Below, in pieces: positions 10,604-20,000 of a stretch of 20,000 nucleotides of DNA. The position numbers were made by a program, and so were the translations under genes. Positions within the stretch are counted from its first letter, which is position 1. The number at the start of each line of letters is the position of its first letter. The notes beneath the pieces were generated by a model that was not told where the DNA came from, ran no database searches, and saw only the letters and a list, made by a program, of their open reading frames with translations. The DNA is from Toensbergia leucococca (lineage: Eukaryota): assembly GCA_022813965.1 (NCBI GenBank), contig JALDZS010000103.1, positions 60,614-80,613 on the forward strand, written 5' to 3'.

Positions 10604-10858
10604 TGCTGTGGCACGACAAGCCCCTCGATCAAGAAAATTTATCTGCTGGGCTTCGTAGAGTATCTTAGCCACAAAGTTGAAGGGGACAATCTAATGGAAG
10701 CGGCCACAGCATCAGAGAGGGGTAAGGACAATACACCAGATCCGGGAGCAGTAGTGGTGGCGGCTGAGCATTTCAACGCCACGAGAAAGGAATTGGCGAA
10801 AGGTTGGCCAGGGGAGGCAGAATGTGATGGGGAAAGCGACAGCGAGGAAGATTTCTGA
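10604..10858 (+). pseudogene. C-terminal fragment of the fungal HNH-nuclease-family gene
   Basis: CCGTTSPSIKKIYLLGFVEYLSHKVEGDNLMEAA...DGESDSEEDF* resembles the recalled family C-terminus WGTxGxYxxKxxLLxFVExLGH plus an acidic tail. It starts abruptly 3 bp after the TIR, exactly where the minus-strand fragment at 770 stops. Confidence 0.65.
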
Positions 10859-11586
10859 TATGGACGGTATTTTTGTTTGTGAGCTTTTAAGGAGACATGT
10901 TATATATAGTTTTCGGAGCTCATCTCTATATATGCTACGGACACGGCTGTGTTTACGGAGTAGTATGAATGTGAGTGTTACAACCAAGTGATCAGCACAC
11001 TCATATTTACCCCAGCCCGCGTGCCCGGTTAAGGTATCACGGTATGCACCACACTACCTTATTCTAGTGTTCGGTCCGCCGTATTCTAGGGCTACCTTAG
11101 AACTAGAAGTAACGTAGAACAGTCAAGTCAAAAAAATGGAAATTAAATACCTTATTTAATGCGTATTGTGAGGTCATCTAATGGCATTCCAAATTTCGTC
11201 TCCATCTCGTCTGAATACCGAGTTATCCACACATGGATGATATCAAAGCTGTACTGGATGTTTTAGTCCTCTACTTAGAATATTGCCGCATGGGCTGATC
11301 AACGTGGAAAGGGGGCTGTGCAAGGCGTTCTCGATGATTCAGTCTGGTACAAATGCTTGTGTCGACTACTTCAGCTACCTTCCCTTTCACCGATCTATTT
11401 TCACTTCATCCAACATGGTAAAACTTTCTTTGCAAGAGACTCCTCCTTCAGAGGCCATGGCTCAGAAATGCCCATCGACGACACTGTTGATCGCTATGGT
11501 AGCTGCACCATCACATTTTATTCGGTTCCCACTTGTATCGTGATAAAAGTCTTCTCATTATCTTGTTTTCTTTACCTATCAACAGA

Positions 11587-14176
11587 ATGGATGGCATTAG
11601 TGCGGCTGCCTCCATTGCTGGCATCGCTAGCGTGGGAGTACAGCTCTCTATCAAATTGATTACTCTCGCTAGTCAAGTCAGCAATGCCTCTAGAACTATT
11701 GGGACCATAGCCGACGATGTTGCCCTCACATCTGGAGTGCTTCAACAGTTGAAAGAATTGATGCTACAGAAAGCCTCCGACGATGGTATTAGTATCTTTA
11801 ACGAATGGGGGCTGGAGACAACAAAGAGATCCGCAAACAAGTGCGAGAAGATCTTTCAGGATATTGAAAAGGAGACGAGAAAAGCAAGTGCCCAGATTCG
11901 AAATAGTCATGCCGGAAACCCTACCGGCTTTGTCACGCTGTCACGCTTTGAAAGAGCCAAATGGCCATTTCTGCAGCCCAGCATGGAGGTGCTTAGAGGA
12001 GACCTTCGAGAGGCCAAGGGGACGCTACTGCTAATACTACAGGTCACGACATTGGCCTTCTCTAGGAGACTGGTAGAATTGTATGATTTCGTCCGAGACT
12101 ATACGAGTGAAGAGCTAAGCATCTTGATGTAGAAACAAACCTGCACTGTCAAGTCAAGAAGAACAGCAAGATATTGTTCGAGCTCTCGTGGTATCCCAGA
12201 TCCAGCTGCATGAGCCGGAAGGAACTGCTCAAGACATAGAGCTTTTGCTAGAAGATAGTAAAGAAGACAAGACATTCCATGGGAGTGATACAGACCTCTC
12301 GCCAAGGCCGTCTACCGAGACGAAAGATCTGGCCGGGCAAGGAAAGACGAAGAGATCCAAGGGCACGCAACACCCACGGGATCCTCCGTCAAACGTAGGA
12401 AATACCATGCCATCTCCGTACATCAATAATATAAGACTGCCATTTACACCTGGCACAACTACACCTGAAACCTCTGCGGAGTATGCTGGTGCTTCTAGGG
12501 GTGGTATGGAGCTGAAGACGTCTAAAGATCCAAGCGATTACGGCTTGCATGATAGATCGATACAGAATCGCACTCCACGTAATAAGCCTTTGCGTCGAAG
12601 CCCTCCAATATTGCCTATTACGAGACGCGGATCTACGTCTGCTAAAATATGGAGGTAAGTCTTTACGTCTTTCTTTGTATAAACGCCCTTTATCGTGCCT
12701 TTTCTCTCTGTAATTCGATACAATGTAGTGACAGGGCAGCATAGCACGCTGAAGGGACTAGCAAGTCCGCCTCAACCAATCGCCCCAATCGCCTCAATAA
12801 GTCCTGGTTGCCAGCAGGAGTTTCATTCTTTCCTGATTATTACAGACACGTCCATGGGCAGCTTCTTGATTTCTTGGGACCCAGTCAATACTCGTCGTAA
12901 ACGAGAAGAGCAGCGAGACGTTTCAGGTGATACTACGAGTATATGTTCGCAAGAAGAGCAAGCCATGATCAAAACAACACTTCGAAACTGTGGACCTGAA
13001 CCCTTACTAGTTTCTATAGAGAGAGTTCGGACCAATTTGAAATGTACTGGCGTCGATTTCAAAGGGTATTCGGGTGTCCAATTCGAAATTATCTCGACAA
13101 CGCTTCAGGCTCCAACAAAACCGGCAAGAAGACTCGAAAGAACACGTCGCTCATCAAGAGTCGACGGTTTAATTGAGTATGGATCACCACTATTGGTAGG
13201 GACCCGCTCTGAAGGATACAGGCGAAGAAGCCCAGTCCGCATTCTTGACACTTCCGAGTTCGAAGGGCGCAGAGAGCACCGCCATGAAACGGCACGCAGG
13301 CGAGAAAGAGACATTGGTGGCGAGGATCTTAAAGTAGAACGACGCAGAAAGGAATTGGAACTGGAAGAGTTACACATGAAGCTACACGAGGAACGAGAGG
13401 AACGACAGGAACAAGACGGACGACGCAGAAAGGAGGAGCAAGAATTGCTCCGAACAGAGCAGCGCCACCAAGAATCACAAGCACTGCGAATGGTACACCG
13501 AAGGAGAAAAGATTATCACAGGGAAGAACACAGGCGGCCAGAATGGTACTACGACATGGGGTTAGAAGATGAACCGGTACGATTAGTGGAGTCTCCAGAG
13601 AGAACGCCGGAGGCTCCCCCGCCAAGGGTCCGCTCTTTCGAAAGACGCAGGACGGCAGACAGCCAAATCTCCGTTAGAGAACCGCCTATTGCCTACAGGA
13701 ACCACGAGAGACGCCCTTACAAAACGCGGGCGTCTCTAATCCTCAATGCGTATACCCCGCTTGCCCAACCCCTGGAACCGTATGGCTCGCAGAGACCACG
13801 AATGGGCCTACCCGACAAGCAATCCACAGCCCTACCAACCGAACCAAAAATCACACCCACTACCGACTTCCACCCCGGCGCCTACGTCCAGCGCCGGTAC
13901 TCCCACGAAGACGCAAGTTCTTTCAGCAATCCTTGGGTTGCCGAAGATCCCACCTTGATGCCACCACCACACGCTCCTAGCCCAGGAGATCGACGATTAG
14001 GACGGGACCGTATTAGACGATCCGAAGCAGTGATAATGCCCCTACTGGGAGAAGCACCACTCTTCCTCTCTGGAGCGTTAGCATCCCCCCTCTCCGGAGC
14101 AGCAGCACCCCCCCCCTCAGAAACAGATGTCGTAAATGAGCTTCTGAAGAAATACACCACCCTATTCGATACCTGA
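11587..14176 (+). CDS. Protein with a fungal HeLo-like / 'fungal N-terminal domain of STAND proteins' helical N-terminus, a low-complexity middle, an R/E-rich coiled coil and a conserved-looking C-terminal helix
   Basis: The N-terminus MDGISAAASIAGIASVGVQLSIKL...IADDVALTSGVLQQL...ERAKWPFLQP...KGTLLLILQV is typical of this domain. Intron 12081-12132 (GTATGA, GCTAAG branch, TAG) joins in frame to exon 12133-12654. A second donor GTAAGT is at 12655; the first frame-compatible acceptor is TAG ending at 12744, so exon 3 is probably 12745-14176 (this junction is uncertain). The protein ends DVVNELLKKYTTLFDT. Confidence 0.7.
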
Positions 14177-15041
14177 ACTAGTCAATGTCCCCAAACCCCT
14201 GCAGCAGAGAAAGGGAACAACAAAAACATGACATATCTGTTGAAGATAAAAAAAACCGTGTCCACTTTGATATAGAAACATGTTTCTTGCAAGATAAAAA
14301 AGACGCACTTTTGTAAAATAGAGCACGTTTCATTCAACCTTCGAACACATTCTCACAGATTGAATATCAGTGTATTCAAAAACCATTGTCAACGCATCAC
14401 ACTCACTCCTCACTTTTTTTTAAATAATTTATATAAATTATTTCTCACCTTAAAATCTTTCTTTTTACCTTCAAAAACCCTCAATCACAATCTCAACTCA
14501 TTCTCGGATCGAGAAAAAACCTATGACTTCATCTCTTATCAGACTCAACTAAACACAATACCTCTCTTAACAAGTTCATCTACTCATTTCTCTCTGTTGA
14601 TTTCAAAAGTAACATTTCTGCTGTGAATAAGATGAGGGAGGGTATCGTCTGAAAATGAATACTGATATCAAGAGAAAACAAGAGGTAGGTAAAAGAAAAC
14701 CCCCTTCCTAGTCCATCGTAAGTACCCAAGCACCATTCATAAAATTCTATACCAATCCAACTAGGTAGCCTCGTAGCTAGGCAGAGAAATATCACAGACA
14801 TCTTCTCTCAAACACAAACGCCGCTCCTTGCATTAAAAAACTCCACCTCTCACACGAAGCAAACGAAAAAGTTCGTAGAAAAAGGGTTACACATTTTCAA
14901 CACACAAAATCCGGACAGGGTATCCCTTCCCAGCCATTCATACTCCCACCCCACTCCAAAATCCGCCCAGAAAACGCCCTCTCCGCCAACTTCCCCTCAC
15001 ATCCCCCCTAAATCCCCTTTACACCAACTCCTCCCCCTCCA

Positions 15042-17518
15042 TCACAACCCTTCCACCATCCCCTCCCTCTCCCCCTCCCCCTCCTCCCCCAACTCCCCCT
15101 CAACCTCCTCAACAACAAAGCCCTCATACTCCTCCAAACTCTTCTGAACATGCACCTTGAACCGAATAATATCATTCAGCATCCTTTCAATCTCAGTATG
15201 CAATTCCTCGCGCAGGGCATTGGCGCGAAGGAGTAACTGCTCATGCCTATTTACCAACATTTCCGATTAGTCAGTCAGGTCAGGTCAAGTCAACCGGTGA
15301 TGGTTGGGGATTTGATTGATTGAAGCCAAGGGGAAAAAAGGAAAAGGAGGAAAACAAACTCGATATTCGTATTCATCTCCCTCTGCTCCATCAACTGCAC
15401 GCTTTCCGTCAGCCCGGCGCGCATCTTGGCGAGTTCTTTTTCCATCTTCTCAATCTGCGCGTCCGATGCTACTTTTTGTGTCGATGTCACCTACTCAACC
15501 AACCACCAAACCAAACAATTAGCCAAATCCACATTTCCAAGTCATCCAACATATGCAAAGAACATCGTCAGAAACGCACCTCTTTCGTCTTCTCAAACTC
15601 CTCCTCCGCAGCCCGAACCCGATGCTCCAACGCCTCCACCTCGCTCTTCTTGTCATCGATAGCCTCCTTGATCGAATCAAGTAACTCGTGATTCCGCATG
15701 TCCGCGTCCACGGCCACGGTACGGCGCTCGTTGACCTCTTTCCTCAAGGCTACAAACTGGCTTTTGATCGTGCCGCGCAAATCCAGATTGAGGAGGTGAG
15801 CGGGGAGGAAGCCTGTTGCTGCGACGGCCAGAAGACGATCGTCATTGCTACTGCTATTGCGCTGGGAGGTGGTCAGGTGGAGTTCAAAGTCGTCGCCTTT
15901 GGCGTTGGGGGCTGTTGAGGGGATGAGCCCGATCTGATAGCATAGGGAGTTGTAGTTGTCCACAACGCGTTCCAGATCCTCGAGTTTGCGACTGGCTTCG
16001 GCTTCCTTTTCCGAGGCTTTTTTCTTGATTTCTTCCAAGCGGACGGCGGTGGCTTCGACGCCTTTTTGCAGACGCTCGCGCTCAGTGTTCATGCGGTCGA
16101 TATCCTGGATCGTGATGCCCTGCCTGTCAACCGAGTGCTGGAGGTTCGACTTTTCCTGCTCAGCTTCTTTGAGCTCGGTTTCCGTGCGGCTGATTTCTTC
16201 ACTCAGAAGCTTGATGCGGGATTCGTATTTTTGAACTTTGCCTTCAACAGAGGTATTGTATTCTTCAAATTTGCGTTTGTCGTCTTCGAGGATGGAGAAG
16301 TGTTTTTCAAGTTTTGCAAGGTCTGGGGCCCCTTTTTCTGCTTCGGCGATTTGCTGTTTTAAAGCGGCGTTTTCGGCTTCGAGGATGGTCATTTCCTCTG
16401 CGTAGCGTTGGTTCCCGCGTTGGAATTCGGAAGCCATAGCTTCAACGTGTGGGATGAGTAATCTGTCTGCGTCTTCTTCGTCGTCACCATCATCTACCTG
16501 TAGCCAGTCTCTATAGGCCCCGCTGAGAAAACGAAAGATGATTCTATCACCACTGACATCCACGCCAGCTTCCGCACAGGCATCGTCATATTCTCCTGCT
16601 TCATAGCGATCGAGCATCTGCGCTAGCTGCATCATCCAATGCAACATTCCCAGGAAAGAAGACCAGTTTTGCCCGCCTACGGCCGCTATTTGGCTTTTGC
16701 CCATATTTTTATCGTAAGGATATCGGAGTTGCTTGAGAATAGGGGGCACTTCAGCGTCGATTGCTTTTTGGAACTTGTAGGCTGGATCGATGCGGTGATA
16801 AAGCCATTGAAAGATGAGGTTGAAATCTTTTTGAGTGGGCGATTTCAACGTGTTTTGACCGAGGGCATGTTTCATTTCAAGCTCGAAGTTGTTCTGCGTT
16901 AAATAATCGAGCAACTCTTGTCCTAACTTTGCACGATAGCTGGCGTCTTTAAGAGGTCGCGGGTCCTGGGGTATACCAGCTGGACGAGGCGCCTGCACAA
17001 AAAAGGACTGGTGGCCCATTGGCCCCGTGGACGACGGCCTCGAATACACACTGCTCCTCCGCTGCAAACTCTGCGATGCGCTCATGATGGGCGGCTGCCC
17101 ATGTGGCGTCATTACACTCCCCGGTGCATAGCTCATCCTACTTCCGGACGCTACATTACCAAAGATATTGGAACTGCTCCTCTGTACCGTTGATGGGCGG
17201 GCTAGGTCGGCGAGATTGGTTCCTGAGGAGGAGCGCTGGAAGGTCGGTTGTTGGGGACGATTGGGTGCGAGGGACATGCGAGAGGAGGAGACAGAGCGGG
17301 AGTGTGTGTTCGTTGTGGGAGGGGGAGGGGGGTCTTTAAGGGTGGAGATTGAGGAGGAGCGCTTAAGAGCTGAGGATGGTTGGGGGAGGGAGGAATTGTA
17401 ATTTAGGGAGCTGAGAGTCTGTAAGATGGATTAGTGAAGAGTGACAACGTGGAGTTGGGTTATATGGACATACTTCTCGTGGCCGGCGCACACTGAAGAG
17501 AGCGGTGTCTTGCGACAT
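15042..17518 (-). CDS. NDC80: Kinetochore protein Ndc80/HEC1
   Basis: Exons 17518-17474 ([15 protein letters not shown]), 17418-15580, 15490-15360 and 15246-15042; all introns are GT-AG and frame-consistent. HEC/CH domain DPRPLKD...[21 protein letters not shown]...LKQLRYPY...FLGMLHW, a long coiled coil, and C-terminal [19 protein letters not shown]. Confidence 0.96.
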
Positions 17519-17990
17519 GGTTGCTTCTCGTGTGGTTCACAATCAGTTCGACTTTTAATCGCCAGCTAAGTCTTGCACAATCACAATCTCTTTCAGCAAG
17601 ATGGGATGCGAGGGCACAACGGTGCAATGTCTAGGTGTGAGTACAAAAGTGATGTTGATGTTCGGTCGAAGTTGGTGGTGATGGCGAAGTAAACAAAAGC
17701 GATGATTGGTCGATAGGAATCTCGTATTCTATTCCGTAGGGCTGGACCCTTTGCATGTGCCGAGGCCCAAGCTTGCCGAAGGATTATCCGAACTCCGTAC
17801 TCGGTAACCCAACGAGCCAACCACCGATCGATTAAACTTTGAAGCATTTCAACTTTGGACGACACAAGTGTTTCCTCTTGGTGCTATTGTCTTTCTGATT
17901 CTATTGTTTTATTAGTCTCCTGAACAGCTACCTGTGAGCCATCTCGAGCAACTACACCACTTCCGCATGTGTAGCATATAATCCACTATC
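17519..17990. promoter_or_regulatory. Short divergent (probably bidirectional) promoter region between NDC80 and PEX14
   Basis: Only 472 bp separate the two head-to-head ATGs (17518 minus, 17991 plus). This is a positional inference; no specific sites were identified. Confidence 0.55.
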
Positions 17991-19352
17991 ATGGTCCGAG
18001 AAGACCTAGTTTCATCCGCTGTACATCCCCCTCCCCATCTCAAATAGACATATAAATAGCTGATTCAAACTCCAGGTCACCTGTAATCTCCCTCCCCCGG
18101 GCCCTCCTTTTCCAACCCCCTGAAGTTTTCTCTGACATCCTCCCTCAAGTCCTCCAAGACCCTTCCGTCGCCGCCTCTCCAATCGAAAAGCGCATCGCCT
18201 TTCTCCAATCCAAGAACCTCACGCAAGAAGAAATCGATCTCTCCCTCGCAAGAGTAGGAGAAGCACCATCGCCGTCTACCACGGCAACACCCTCGAGTCC
18301 GAACCAGTCAAATTATGGATATCCGAATCATCAAGTTCTGAGACAGGCGCCGGCGCCGGCCTATGGATATGGGCCGTATCAAGCAGGGCCTTGGGGGCAG
18401 CAGCTACCACCAGAGTAAGCTCTCTCATTGCCAACCAAAATGCTATTCCGCTTCGTATCTAACAAATTTCAGGCCCCCCCGCCGCGACTGGCGGGACTGG
18501 TTCATCATGGCCACCGTCACCAGCGGCGTAAGCTACGGCCTCTATGTTGTTGCCAAGGTCCGCATCCGTCCCTCCCTCCCTCACACACAGTCCCCGTACT
18601 GACTGCCCCAGCGCTACATCCTCCCCATAATCTCCCCTCCAACCCCCCCCCAACTCACCACCGACCTCGCCACAATAGAAACCTCTTTCAACAGAGCCTT
18701 CACCCTAATCGATCAGCTTAGTACTGACACTACCACTCTCAAAACCACTGAGGAATCCCGCACTGAAAAGCTCGATTCTACCCTTCAGGACGTCGAAACA
18801 GTTATAACGGACCTCAAATCTGCCAACAAAAGGAGAGAAGAGGAAATACGGCGCATTTCAGACCAAGTGGCGCAAATCAAGGAAATGGTCCCCAAAGCCC
18901 TTGAAACCTGGAAAGAAGAGGGTGACTCCCGCCTGAGAGACCTAGGCGTCGAGATGAAATCTCTCAAAAAACTCCTTGCAAACCGCGTCGGCACCTCCAC
19001 AACAACGACAACTCAACCTCCTCCTTCCCGCACCCAATCCAGCTTCCCCTTGGACAAAGACAGGCCCCGACCCAATGGTGCCAGTACCCCTCGCGGTGAT
19101 CCACCGGCTCCAAGCGTGGAATCCCAAGACTCCTCCCAGCAACACTTTCAATCGATATCCTCTGTGACTTCCAATACTAGCGAAAATGACCATGTCCTTG
19201 ACGCCAAACCGGCCCGTAGAGCCGCTATACCGGCGTGGCAGATGGCGGCTTCGAAGGCGAGGAACGAGGGTGCGGCTACGGGGTCTGGGGCTGTTGAGGG
19301 TGCGGATGTGACTGGGAGTGTTGGAGTTGGGATGGAATCGGGGGGTGGTTAA
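17991..19352 (+). CDS. PEX14: Peroxisomal membrane docking protein Pex14
   Basis: Exons 17991-18020, 18076-18082 (7-nt microexon), 18150-18414, 18473-18557 and 18612-19352. The spliced product reads MVREDLVSSA-VTF-LQDPSVAASPIEKRIAFLQSKNLTQEEID (Pex14_N), DWRDWFIMATV (hydrophobic segment), RYILPIISPPTPPQL, a coiled coil, ELKSLK-like EMKSLKKLL and a C-terminal AAIPAWQMAA. Confidence 0.96.
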
Positions 19353-20000
19353 ATTGTCTATTATCTTGGGCTGGAAGTGGGAAGGAGGCTAGGAGGGATC
19401 TTAGTGGAGAGGGAGAGGGGGAGAGGGGGAGAGGCTGGGATACAGCTATCTTGATACCCTTTTTGTTCACTCTCGAGCTATTCTTATTCCTTCATCTAAT
19501 TATGTGTTCGTTCATGGTACCCTTGGAAAAAGGTAACGAGACTGATATTTCTGGGAGTGAGCGCAGGATGTGGATGCGTGCGCTTTAATTGTTACATAGC
19601 TAGCTACGTAATGACTCGAGGCCTAGCTGATGATATTTCTTTTTATCAATGGTTATCATCAAGCTAGAGTTTGCGAAAGCTTCTAAGAGATTTCTTGTAC
19701 GAGTACATTACACATCAAGTTTCCAAGAATTCCATACAAAAAGGCATCATTTGCATTTAGTATCGATGCAGTATATTATATCTTTTGAGAAACTAGACTT
19801 TTTCAGTTCAACGTTGCTTTTTCTTTCAAGGGCGGGGATACATACAACGACAAGCCTCCCTTCTCCCAACTTCCTCCTAACTCGCAAAATCTATTATAAT
19901 TACAGGAAAACAGCATCCATCCCCTAGATCATCTACCGTCTGAAAGTGGCCTACGGAGTGATACAATTCGCCCTTGATTTAGATTGTGATATTCTTGTTT

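Noticed and set aside
10095..10608. Intact 8-bp hAT target-site duplication around the TIR element
   Set aside because: The flanks ATCCTAGC and AATTGCTG do not match in the present arrangement.
1..11000. Starship or other large mobile element
   Set aside because: No tyrosine recombinase (captain) or transposase ORF is visible in the window.
11533..11586. Upstream TTG start given by the ORF track for the HeLo-like gene
   Set aside because: The family-typical N-terminus begins at the ATG at 11587 (MDGISAAASI).
14940..15135. Strong C-rich tract (G-rich on the minus strand, G-quadruplex-like)
   Set aside because: It is largely explained by Glu/Gly codons in the NDC80 tail and a low-complexity 3' UTR; nothing else suggests a function.
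15316..17401. Plus-strand ORFs opposite NDC80
   Set aside because: They are antisense shadows of coiled-coil and low-complexity coding sequence.

Overview
Fungal (Pezizomycotina-type) genomic DNA with spliceosomal introns. Three conserved genes are clear: an HMT1/ABCB6-like half ABC transporter (-, 2631-6222), NDC80 (-, 15042-17518) and a divergent PEX14 (+, 17991-19352). The accessory content is an intronless 471-aa protein with a chymotrypsin-like fold and an apparent His-Asp-Cys triad (8702-10117), a ~500-bp TIR-bounded non-autonomous element that supplies that gene's stop codon (10103-10600), a HeLo-like N-terminal-domain protein (11587-14176) and a decayed HNH-nuclease-family pseudogene. 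The most striking observation is that the pseudogene appears split in two. Its N-terminal/core part is on the minus strand ending at ~770 and its C-terminal part is on the plus strand starting at ~10604, with the same 6-mer (TGCTGT) at both broken ends. This implies a ~9.8-kb inversion whose right breakpoint lies 3 bp from the element's TIR. Family assignments come from motif recognition only; no searches were run.
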